A stretch of DNA of 64,000 nucleotides, from the NCBI GenBank assembly GCA_963842525.1, contig CAWJGT010000034.1, forward strand, positions 192,001-256,000. Direction: 5' to 3'. Source of the DNA: an uncultured Holophagales bacterium (GTDB taxonomy: Bacteria; Acidobacteriota; Thermoanaerobaculia; Multivoradales; UBA5704). Positions 18,794-28,011 of the stretch are shown one piece after another. The position numbers and the translations under genes were made by a program. A model generated the notes under the pieces. It was not told the DNA's origin. It saw nothing but the letters and a program-made list of their open reading frames with translations, and ran no database searches. Positions within the stretch are counted from its first letter, which is position 1, and the number at the start of each line of letters is the position of its first letter.

Positions 18794-21700
18794 TCACGCC
18801 GCCTCCCGCCGCAGCCGTGCGGTCATCCACCCGCCCAGCCGTTCCTGCATCTGGTGCACCCATTGATAGAAGGTCGGCAGCGCCAGCAGGGTGAACAGGG
18901 TCGATGTGATCAGCCCGCCGATCATCACCACCGCCAGGGGGCGCTCGATCTCGGTGCCGTGCAGGTCGAGGACCAGGAGCGGCAGGAGGCCGAGGATGGC
19001 GCAGCCCGCGGTCATCAGCTTCGGGCGGACGCGGCCGATGCTCGCCTCGCGCAGCGCCTCCTCGAAAGGCCTGCCCTCGGCGAGCAGCGATCGGGTCTGC
19101 GCCACCAGGACGAGGCCGTTCTGAACTGCGATGCCGAAGAGGCCGATCAGCCCGACCAGGGAGGAGACGTTCCAGCTCTCTCCGGCGATCAGCAGGGCCA
19201 GGATGCCGCCCACGAAGGCGTCCGGCAGGGTGGCCAGGATGACGAGCGTCTCGGCGAGCGAGCCCAGGGCCAGGTAGAGGAGCAGGAAGACCGCCAGGAT
19301 CGCGGTGGCAATCGCCAGGGTGAGCGCGCGCGCCGCGCGCGCCTGGCTCTCCACCTTGCCGCCGATGTCGAAGAAATAGCCGGTCGGGAGGTCGAGCTCC
19401 CGACGCCAGCCGCTCGCGCACCTCCGCCGCGGTGCTTCCGAGGTCCCGCCCGGTGACGCTCGCCTCGACGGCGATCCGCCGGCTGCCGGCCTCGCGCTGG
19501 ATCGCCGCCGGCCCCACGGTCTCCTCGATCCGGGCGAGCTGGCCGAGCGGGATGCGCTCACCGTCGTGCCCATCGACGAGCAGGGAGCGCAGCGCATTGA
19601 CGTCGCCCCGGCGGTCGTCCTGCAGCCGCACGACCAGATCGTAGCGTCGCTGGCCGATCCAGATCTGTGACAGCTCCTCCCCCGCCAGCCCGATGCGAAC
19701 GGCTTCGATGACGTCCCCCGGCTGGAGCCCGGCCCGGGCGGCGCTCTGCCGGTCGACCTCGATGCGGATCTGCGGCAGGCCGGTGAGCTGCTCGGCCCGC
19801 AGGTCGGCGATGCCCTCGATGGGCTGCATGATCTCGCGGGCTTGGGCGGCGAGGCCGGCCAACCGCTCGAGGTCGGGGCCGAAGATGCGGACCTGGAGGT
19901 CGGCCGGCGTGCCGCCCAGGCCTTCGTCGATGCGCATGCCGAGGGGTGTGGTGAAGAGGACGGCGACTCCGGGCACGGGCTCCAGGCGCTCGCGCATGTC
20001 CGCCTCGATCTCTTCGAGCGAGCGGTCGCGGTCGCGCTTCAGGACCACCAGGACGTCGGACACCGTGTGGGGCATCGGGTCTTCGGTGCTCTCCGCCCGC
20101 CCGGTGCGGCGCACCACGTCCTCGACCTCCGGGACCTCGCGCAGGATCTCCTCGGCGCGGTGGTTCAGCCGGTCCACCTCCTGGAGGGACGCCTCGGCCG
20201 GCACCACGGTCTGGAGGAGGAAGGCCCCCTCGTCGAGCCGGGGCATGAAGTCGGAGCCGATGAAGAAGGCGAGGGCCAGGGCGGGGACCGTCACCGCCAG
20301 CGAGAGCACGCGCACCAGGCCCGCCCGGCGCATGCAGGCGTCGAGCACGGGGGCGTAGAACGCCTTGAGGCGGCGGATGAGCCAGACGTCCTCCGCGGCT
20401 CCGGGCGGTCTCGGCCGCAGGAACAGCGCCGCGAGGACGGGCACGACGGTCAGCGCCAGGACGAGGGCCGCGGCCACGGCGGCGACCACGGCGGCGGCCA
20501 GGGGCCGGTACATGCGGCCTTCGATGCCGGACATGGCGAAGAGCGGCGTGAAGACCGCGATCACGATCAGGGTGGCGAAGGCGATGGGCCGCCCCACTTC
20601 GAGCGCCGCGGCGAGCGCCTGCTGCCGGCGGGCCTCGCGAGCCGCCGCCGTCATCCGGTGCATGCGGTGGAGGATGTTCTCGGTCATGATGATTGCGGCA
20701 TCGACCAGCAGCCCCACCGCGATCGCCAGCCCCCCCAGGGTCATGGTGTTGATGCCGACGCCGAGCGGCTCGAGGATCAGCCCCGAGAGGGCGATCGACA
20801 GCGGCAGGGTCAGGGTCACCAGGAGGGCCGCGCGCAGGTTGCCGAGCAGGGCGAAGAGCACGCCCATGACCAGCACGGCCCCCAGCAGGACGGCGCGGCC
20901 GACCCCTCCCAGGGCGAGGGCAACCAGCTCGGACTGGTCGTAGACGAGGCGGAGCTGTACCCCTGGCGGGAAGGTCGGCTCCAGGTCGCGGAGCACCTGC
21001 CGCGCCTGCGCCGCCACTTCGACCGTGTCGGCCCCGAACTGCTTGACCAGCCGGCAGCTCACCACCTCGCCGGCGAGGCGGTGGGCGAGGCCGCGGCGCA
21101 CCGCGGGGGCCTCCCGCACCTCGGCCACGTCGCCGAGCAGGACCGGCGTGCCGCCGCGGACCGCGACGACCGTCGAGCGCAGGTCGTCGAGCGTCTGTGC
21201 GCGGCCCACGGCGCGAACGGTCCACTCGATCGGCCCCTGGACGACGAAACCGCCGGCAGCGCTGCGGTTCGCGCCCTCGGCGGCGTGCAGGACCTCTCCG
21301 AGGCTGATCGACCGCGCCACCATCCGCTCGGGGTCGAGTTGGATCTGGAACTGCCGCAGGTAGCCCCCCAGGACCTCGACGGCCGCGATCCCCGGCACGG
21401 CGAGCAGGCGGTTGCGGACCTCGAATTCCGCGAGGTCGCGCAGGGTCATGGGATCGGCGGCCCCGGGCTCGGCCTCCAGGGTGAATTCGAGGATCTCGTT
21501 GAGCCGGCCCGTCAGGCTGGACACGAGGGGTGTGTCGGTGCCGGGAGGCAGCTCCCGCGCCGCCTGGTTGACCCGCTCGCCGACGAGCTGGCGGGCGCGG
21601 TAGTAGTCGGCGTCGGGCTCGAATTCGACGCGGACCTGCGCCACGCCGAGCTGCGAGGTGGAGCGGACGCGGCGGACCTCGGGCAGCCCGGCGAGCGCCA

Positions 21701-21911
21701 ACTCCAGGGGGACGGCAACGCCGGTCTCGAGCTCTTCGGCGCCCATGGCCGGGTTCTGGACGATGACGCTGAAGACCGGCGTCGAGAGGTCGGGAAAGAC
21801 GTCCCGGGGCAGTCCCTGGAGCCAGACCGCGCCGAGGCCGGCGGCGGCCAGCACCAGGAGGAGCGCCAGCCCGGAGCGGGCGAACGAGCCGCGGAGGATG
21901 CGTTCGATCAT
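18794..21911 (-). CDS. czcA: CzcA/CusA-family heavy-metal RND permease (one frameshift near 19400)
   Basis: DVFPDL, GLLVDAAIIMTEN, EGRMYRPLA, GLFGIAVQNG, RVRPKLMTA. ORFs 18711..21911 and 18794..19597 join by removing one G from TCGGGAG. Confidence 0.9.
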
Positions 21912-21920
21912 CGGCGCCTC

Positions 21921-23156
21921 CTAGTGATGGTGGTGCTCGCCGCCGCCGTGGGCCTTGTCGGCCTCGGCCTTGAGCAGGAAGGCCCCGTCCACCACGACGG
22001 TGATGCCCGGCGGGAGCCCCGAGAGGATCTCGATTTCGCCGCCGAGGTCGCGTCCGCGGCCCACGGCGCGGACCTCGAACGTCCCCGCGCTGCGCGGCAG
22101 GAAGACGACCCACTGCTCCTCGATGCGCTGGAGCGCCGCCGCGGGGACGGTCACCACGGTGCCGGTCGAGTCCGTGAGCGGCAGCCAGGCGGTGGCCGAC
22201 ATCCCCGGCCGCATCACCCCTCCCTGGTTGGTCAGATCGATCCGGACCGGCACCGTGCGCGAATCCGTGGCCACCTCCTTCCCCACCCGGGCGACGGTGC
22301 CCTGGAAGGTGCTCCCCGGCAGGGCGGCCAGGCTGACGTCGGCGACCGAGCCCTCGGCGACGCGCACGGCGTCGCGCTCGAAGGCATGGACGACCAGCCA
22401 GAGGCGCGACAGGTCGGCGATGCGGAACAGGGGCTCTGACGGATCGGCGGTCTCGCCGCGCAGGGCCTTCCTTTCGAGGACCGTGCCGCCGAGCGGCGCC
22501 AGGAGGGGGAAGCGGGACGGATCGCCGCCTCCGGCGTCCCGGGAGACGCCGAAGGAGGCGAGCGTGGCCCGGGTAGCCCCAAGGTCCGCCTCGGCCTCGG
22601 CCATCGCGGCCTCGGCCTGCTGCAGCTCGCCCTGGGAGACGATGCGTTCGGCCGCCAGGCTGCGCTTGCGCTCCAGGGTCTTGCGGGCCAGCCCGGCGCG
22701 CGCCGCGGCGGCCTCGTGGCCGGCCCGCGCCCGGCCCAGCTCCACGCTCTGCAGCTCGGCGAGGACCTGCCCGGACCGCACGCCCTGCCCCGCCTCGGCC
22801 CGCAGGGTGGCGACGCGGGCCGGGATCGGCGTCGACACGGCGGCGTAGGCGTTCTCGTTCACCTGCAGCTCTCCGAGGACCGAGACGGTCTGCTTCGCCT
22901 CCCGGGCTTCGGCCCGCGCCGTGGTCAGCTTGAGGTCGCGGAGCATCTCCGGGGCGATCCGGACGAGGCCGTCTTCCTCGGCTTCCCTTTCCCCTTCCCC
23001 GTGCGCGTGCTCCTCGCCTTCGGCGTGCTCCGCGCTTCCGGCTTCCACCGGCGTGTGCCCGGGCTCGTCCCCGGCGTGCTCCGTCGCGGGCTTGCCGCAG
23101 GCCGCGAGCAGGAAGAGGGTGATCAGCCAACAGAAACAGCGGATTCTGGTCGTCAT
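21921..23156 (-). CDS. czcB: CzcB-family RND periplasmic adaptor, lipoprotein with His-rich segments
   Basis: LAAC lipobox, His/Glu-rich N-terminus, APLGGTV, IADLSRLW, RPGMS, C-terminal HHHH. Confidence 0.9.
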   Translation of the reverse strand: MTTRIRCFCWLITLFLLAACGKPATEHAGDEPGHTPVEAGSAEHAEGEEHAHGEGEREAEEDGLVRIAPEMLRDLKLTTARAEAREAKQTVSVLGELQVNENAYAAVSTPIPARVATLRAEAGQGVRSGQVLAELQSVELGRARAGHEAAAARAGLARKTLERKRSLAAERIVSQGELQQAEAAMAEAEADLGATRATLASFGVSRDAGGGDPSRFPLLAPLGGTVLERKALRGETADPSEPLFRIADLSRLWLVVHAFERDAVRVAEGSVADVSLAALPGSTFQGTVARVGKEVATDSRTVPVRIDLTNQGGVMRPGMSATAWLPLTDSTGTVVTVPAAALQRIEEQWVVFLPRSAGTFEVRAVGRGRDLGGEIEILSGLPPGITVVVDGAFLLKAEADKAHGGGEHHHH

Positions 23157-24367
23157 CGCGAGGCTCCCGCCCTCGTCTCCAGCTCGAGGGCCGTCAGACG
23201 CGCCGCGAGCAGGAGGTCGTGGTAGGAAAGGCGGGTCTCCAGGATCTCGCGGCGGACCAGGAGCAGCTCGCCCAGGTTGATCTCGCCCACCTCAAAGCTC
23301 CGCTCGGCGAGCGCTTCGTTGTCCACGACGGCAGGCAGGGCCGTGCGCTCCATCTCCTCGACCGCCTGGAGGCGCCGCTGGTAGGCCTCGAACGCCGCCC
23401 GGACCTCAGACTCCGCGGCGCGCCGGGATGCCTCCAGTTGCGCCCGGAGGCTGCTCGCCCGCGCCTGGCCGGCGGCCCGCTCCACCTGCCCCCGCTGGAC
23501 CAGCGGCAAGGCGATGGCGAGGCCCGCCGAGACCACGTCAGCCCCCTCCTCCCGCTGGTAGCCGGTGCGCAGCCCGAAGCCCGGCCGCGCCAGCGCCTCC
23601 CCGAGACGGGCTTCGGCCTCGGCCTCCCGCACCCCGGCGGCGAGGGCACGAAGATCCGGCCGCTCGCCAATCCGGGCGAGGAGCGCGTCCAGGTCGTAGC
23701 CGGGAAGCTCCCGTAGAGGTCCCACGGGGTCGAGGCCCTCGCTCGCGTCGAGCCCGAGGAACGCCCGGAGCTCTCCGAGCGCGCCGAGGCGGTCCCCTTC
23801 CGCCACCCTCTGTCCAGCCCTTGCGCGCGCCGCGGCGATGCGTGCCCGGTTGAGGTCGAGCGCGGTGGCCTCGCCCAGCTCGTAGCGGCGCTCCGTGGTG
23901 GCGAGAAGGCGGCCTGCCAGCTCCCCCTCCTGCGCGGCAAGGACCAGGCGCTCCCCCGCCGCCACAGCCTGAAGGAAGGCCGCGGCGACCTCGCCCAGGT
24001 AGACCCGCCGCGTCTCGTCGAGCTCGGCCTGGGCGACCTCCAGGGTGGCCTCGGCGCCGGCGACCCGCGCGCGGCGGTGCGCGGCAGGCTCGAAGCCCTG
24101 GCTGACCGCGACCTCGTAGTCGGTGAAGGTTTTTTCAGCCTGCCGCCGGCCGCCGCCCCATTCGACCACCGGGTTCTCGCGCAGGCGGCGGGAGGCCGGG
24201 AGGAGCCGCGCCCGCGCCTCCTCCACCCGGCCCACGGCCGCGATCACCCGCGCCGCCCTTGCCCGGGCAATGTCGAGGGCTTCCGCCAGCGGCAGGGGAC
24301 GTCCCTGGGCGACCGCGCCGGGGACGAGCAGAAAGGCGGCGGCGCACACCGCCAGAACGTGCTTCAT
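23153..24367 (-). CDS. czcC: CzcC/TolC-family outer membrane efflux protein
   Basis: Signal peptide, RRYELGEA, ALPLVQRGQ, SFEVGEINLGELL. Confidence 0.88.
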   Translation of the reverse strand: MKHVLAVCAAAFLLVPGAVAQGRPLPLAEALDIARARAARVIAAVGRVEEARARLLPASRRLRENPVVEWGGGRRQAEKTFTDYEVAVSQGFEPAAHRRARVAGAEATLEVAQAELDETRRVYLGEVAAAFLQAVAAGERLVLAAQEGELAGRLLATTERRYELGEATALDLNRARIAAARARAGQRVAEGDRLGALGELRAFLGLDASEGLDPVGPLRELPGYDLDALLARIGERPDLRALAAGVREAEAEARLGEALARPGFGLRTGYQREEGADVVSAGLAIALPLVQRGQVERAAGQARASSLRAQLEASRRAAESEVRAAFEAYQRRLQAVEEMERTALPAVVDNEALAERSFEVGEINLGELLLVRREILETRLSYHDLLLAARLTALELETRAGASR

Positions 24368-24452
24368 GACGGACCTCCCACACGATCGGCGCACCGACTG
24401 TCGCCGGTGCGCACGTCAGAACGACGGATGGAGTGTCAGCGTGGAAACGCCG

Positions 24453-24731
24453 TCAGGCGGCTTTGGGAACGTGGAAGACGCCGCGAGGCTCGCAGAACCG
24501 GGGAGCTTCCTCGGCGAGGGCGAGGAACGGCATCGCGCTCAGGTCGGGCGTCCTCTGCGACCGGATGGGCAGCGAGGCTCCGATCGGACAGCACGAGCAG
24601 GAGACGCAGACCCAGGAACAGAGGCCGGAGCACGGAGAGCACTCGTCATCGCAGCTCTCGAAGGCCTCGGCCGAGGCGGCCATCCCGAGGCCCACCAGGA
24701 GCAGCAGCGCGAACGCGATCCCTCTCCGCAT
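24453..24731 (-). CDS. Cys-rich secreted leader peptide upstream of czcCBA (CzcI/DUF6660-like position)
   Basis: MRRGIAFALLLLVGLGMAASAEA, SCDDECSPCSGLCSWVCVSCSCC, C-terminal EPRGVFHVPKAA. It is the 3' part of the antisense ORF 24453..26288. Confidence 0.75.
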   Translation of the reverse strand: MRRGIAFALLLLVGLGMAASAEAFESCDDECSPCSGLCSWVCVSCSCCPIGASLPIRSQRTPDLSAMPFLALAEEAPRFCEPRGVFHVPKAA

Positions 24732-24857
24732 GCTGCGGGTTATATCACGGCCGGCGCGGCGCGTCGGCGAGCCCGGCTCGCTCCAGGTGAAGCCTGGCTC
24801 AGAAGTGCTAAATTCAAGGCCTCGGTTCACCGGCCGGAGCCAGCTTCGAGGTTCCAG

Positions 24858-26399
24858 ATGCCCGTCATCTTCATCAGCTATCGCCGCGAGGACAGCGCGG
24901 GCCACGCCGGCCGGCTCTTCGACCGGCTGCGGGAGCGCTTCGGCAAGGACCGCGTGTTCCTCGACGTGGTCGGGATCGCGGCCGGGGTGGACTTCGTCGA
25001 GACCATCGACAAGGCGGTCAGCTCCTGCGACGTGCTGCTCGCGGTGATCGGCCGCGAGTGGCTGACCTGCTGCGACAAGCAGGGCCGGCGGCGGCTCGAC
25101 GACCCGAACGACTTCATCCGGGCGGAAATCAACTCCGCGCTCAAACGGAATGTACGGGTCGTCCCCGTGCTGGTGGAAGGGGCGGAGATGCCGCCGACGG
25201 ACGAGCTGCCCGAAGAGCTGAAGCGCCTCACCCGGCGCCAGGCCGTGGAGCTCCGGGACAGCCGCTGGGACGCCGACGTCGAAGCCCTGATGACGACGCT
25301 GGAGGGAGACACGGCTGTGCCCGCAGCGCCGCCGCAGGCTCGCGGCGAGCCCGCCAGGCCGGAGGAGCAGCGAAGGCCGCGTCCCGCGCTGCTCTGGGGG
25401 ATCTGCGCTCTCGTCGCAGCGCTGCTTGCCGCCTGGGTGGCCTGGTCCTTCTGGCCGTCGCGGGAGCCGAAGGTGCAGCCGGCCGAGCCAGCCCGGGAAG
25501 CTGTGCGGCCACGGGAGCCCGAGCCAACGCCGGCCGAGCCAACGCCGGCCGAGCCATCGCCACAGCAGGAGCTCGCCAGCGGGCCGGCTCAGGAGCACCA
25601 GAGGCCGGAGGTCAAGCCGGAGCGGCGGACGGTCCGCGCGCCCCACCTGGTTGGGCTCTCCCTGGAGACGGCGACCGCACGGCTCCGGGGGTCCGGCCTC
25701 GCCGTCGGCGAGCGGGAGGCCCGGCAGACCGCCGAGGCGCCCGCAAGGCAGGTGCTCAGCCAGTGGCCACGAGCCGGCAAGCAGCTCGACCCGGGGACTG
25801 CGATCGACCTGGTCTACGCAGAGCCACCGCCGGATCGAAGGATCACAGTCCCCGACGTGGTCGGGACTCATTCGAAGACGGCCTTGGACATCCTCCTTCG
25901 CGTGGGCCTCGGCTACACCGGCGAGCCGGAGCCGAGCAAAAAAGAGCCGCACACAGTGCTCCGTCAGAAGCCGCCGGCCGGGAGCCGCGTCGAGAAGGGG
26001 GCGCAGGTCCACCTGGTCTTCGCCGCACCGGTCGAAAAGATCGAGGTCACGGAGGTTAACCCGATCCCGGTCGAGGTGCCTGACACCGTCGCCCCAACGA
26101 TCGTCTACATCTTCTACTCCGGCGAGGCCGATCAGGACACGGCCAGGCAACTGATGAGCTTCCTGCAAGGCCTCAAGCTGCAGAAAGCCCGTTACGTGAT
26201 CTCGCGGTCCAGACCTGAGCGGAAGCCGGGCAAGCTCCTCTATGGCTCGGAAAAACATGCCGAACTGGCCAAGGCGATCGCGCACCATGCCGGCTCCTGG
26301 CTGTGGAAGACCTACAACCGCGAGGTGCGCCTCGAAATGGAGCTCGACACTCGTCTCAAGGAGGACGAGCTGGCGCTTACGATGCCCAGCTCGCGGTGA
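24858..26399 (+). CDS. TIR-TM-PASTA-PASTA protein
   Basis: IFISYRREDS...VFLDV...DFIRAEI (TIR), one TM helix, Pro-rich linker, APHLVGLS...VLSQWP.AG and VPDVVG...VLRQKPPAG (PASTA). Confidence 0.85.
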   Translation: MPVIFISYRREDSAGHAGRLFDRLRERFGKDRVFLDVVGIAAGVDFVETIDKAVSSCDVLLAVIGREWLTCCDKQGRRRLDDPNDFIRAEINSALKRNVRVVPVLVEGAEMPPTDELPEELKRLTRRQAVELRDSRWDADVEALMTTLEGDTAVPAAPPQARGEPARPEEQRRPRPALLWGICALVAALLAAWVAWSFWPSREPKVQPAEPAREAVRPREPEPTPAEPTPAEPSPQQELASGPAQEHQRPEVKPERRTVRAPHLVGLSLETATARLRGSGLAVGEREARQTAEAPARQVLSQWPRAGKQLDPGTAIDLVYAEPPPDRRITVPDVVGTHSKTALDILLRVGLGYTGEPEPSKKEPHTVLRQKPPAGSRVEKGAQVHLVFAAPVEKIEVTEVNPIPVEVPDTVAPTIVYIFYSGEADQDTARQLMSFLQGLKLQKARYVISRSRPERKPGKLLYGSEKHAELAKAIAHHAGSWLWKTYNREVRLEMELDTRLKEDELALTMPSSR

Positions 26400-26571
26400 A
26401 CGGCTGCGCTTCCAGGAAGATGACCGATCCTGTCACCTTTTCCCCGCCTGCGGTACCTAGGGGAGTAGAGGGCTCCGAAAGATTCTCTTGTGGCCCTTAC
26501 GGCCCAATCGCCACTGTTCCGCCGATGGCCGGCGGTGACTCTCTGGTGTCCGCAAGGACGAGGAGGTTTGC

Positions 26572-27123
26572 ATGAAGCGACTGGTATCCATGGCTCTCCT
26601 GCTGCTGGTTCTCGTGGGGATCCAAGCCGGGGCGTCGACCTTCCTGGCGATGAGCCAGCGAGACCTGATCCAGGCCTCGCAGGCGGTCGTCCAGGGCCAG
26701 GTCCTCAAGGTCAGCTCGTTCTGGGAACCCTCGGGACGGATCATCGTCACCGAGGCGCTCGTCAAGGTGGACGAGGCGATCGTCGGCAAGAGCCCCTCAG
26801 TGGTGATCGTCCGGACGTTCGGCGGCACCGTGGGCGGCTACACGGTCGAGGCGCACGGGTTCCCGACCTTCCAGAAGAACGATCGGGTCCTCCTCTTCCT
26901 CGAGCCCGAGCAGAACGGCCTCAACCGCGTCACCGGCTATCAGCAGGGCCAGTTCCGGCTCGTCCGGAGCAAGGCGGGCCAGGAGATCGCGGTGCCGGCA
27001 ATGGAGCTCGGTACGCGCGTCATCACCCGGGACGGCCGCTCCATCGCCGCCCCCAGGCCGATCGCGCTCGACACGCTCAAGGGTCAGATCCGGGCCGAGG
27101 CGGCGCGCCTCGGACGCGACTGA
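26572..27123 (+). CDS. Secreted protein resembling the N-terminal domain fused to some matrixin-type proteases
   Basis: GAGGAGG RBS, signal peptide, ASQAVVQGQV, GGTVGG, PTFQKNDRVLLFL, GYQQGQF. Confidence 0.7.
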   Translation: MKRLVSMALLLLVLVGIQAGASTFLAMSQRDLIQASQAVVQGQVLKVSSFWEPSGRIIVTEALVKVDEAIVGKSPSVVIVRTFGGTVGGYTVEAHGFPTFQKNDRVLLFLEPEQNGLNRVTGYQQGQFRLVRSKAGQEIAVPAMELGTRVITRDGRSIAAPRPIALDTLKGQIRAEAARLGRD

Positions 27124-27160
27124 GGAACGGACCGAGGACTCTTCCGGAGAGGAATGAACC

Positions 27161-27784
27161 ATGAAGCGGATCAACTTCCAACTCATCATCGCCCTCGCCC
27201 TCCTGCTCTGCATGGCCGCCGGCACCCTGTCGGCCTACGTGCTCCTCAGCCCCCGCCGGACCTGGGACGCCGATCCCAACATCATCGTCGACAACCGCGG
27301 CCAGGCGAGCATCTCCGACGGCGACCTCGGCCGTACGCGGACGCGTAATGCCATCGTGTCGAGCAGCGCCTGGAACGGCGCGGGCTCCGGGACGGTCGTC
27401 AATGCCACGGTCGGCTCGATCTCGAGCTTCCGGCTGGGTGACAACCGTCCGATGCTGAACTTCCGCGACCCCACCGGGGCCTGCTCGGGCAACTGCCTGG
27501 CGGCCACCTTCACCGGCTACTACTCGTCGCGCGGCAACGGCACCTATCGCATCAACGACGCCGACATCGTGACCAACACGGCTCACGCCTGGGCGTCGCT
27601 GGGCGAGTCCTGCTCCGGCGAGTTCTACATCGAGGGCGTGATGGTCCATGAGGTGGGGCATCTCCTCGGCCTGGGCCACACCAGCGTCGGAGGCGCCACG
27701 ATGTACCCGTCGGTCAGCTCCTGCAACAACGGTCCGGCCTCGACCGAGGCGGACGACGAGAACGGCATCAACAACCTCTACTAG
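27161..27784 (+). CDS. Matrixin-family (M10-like metzincin) metalloprotease
   Basis: Signal peptide; DADI, HEVGHLLGLGH, Met-turn ATMYP, DDxxG...LY. Confidence 0.9.
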   Translation: MKRINFQLIIALALLLCMAAGTLSAYVLLSPRRTWDADPNIIVDNRGQASISDGDLGRTRTRNAIVSSSAWNGAGSGTVVNATVGSISSFRLGDNRPMLNFRDPTGACSGNCLAATFTGYYSSRGNGTYRINDADIVTNTAHAWASLGESCSGEFYIEGVMVHEVGHLLGLGHTSVGGATMYPSVSSCNNGPASTEADDENGINNLY

Positions 27785-27802
27785 GCCGCTCTGCATCCTT
27801 CT

Positions 27803-27833
27803 CCGCGGGGGCTCCCACGAGCCCCCGCGGTTT
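27803..27833 (+). terminator. Intrinsic terminator-like hairpin
   Basis: ccgcgggggctc-ccac-gagcccccgcgg-ttt after the matrixin stop. Confidence 0.7.
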
Positions 27834-28011
27834 GCCTGTCACGCTTCCCGCCCCCCCGGCACCACAATTGTTAGGGAATAGTGCTCTTCTCTCCCTGATG
27901 CTTCGGCTGATATCGAGATGATTCCAGGGCGGCCTATGGTGGGCTCGCCCTCGCAGTCCCTTACAGGGCGCCGGCGGTGGGGCCGGGTCCGAACACGGAA
28001 GGAGTTCACAG

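Noticed and set aside
24123-24857. N-terminal extension of the TIR-PASTA protein
   Set aside because: It overlaps czcC and the leader peptide on the opposite strand; the TIR starts at ATG 24858.
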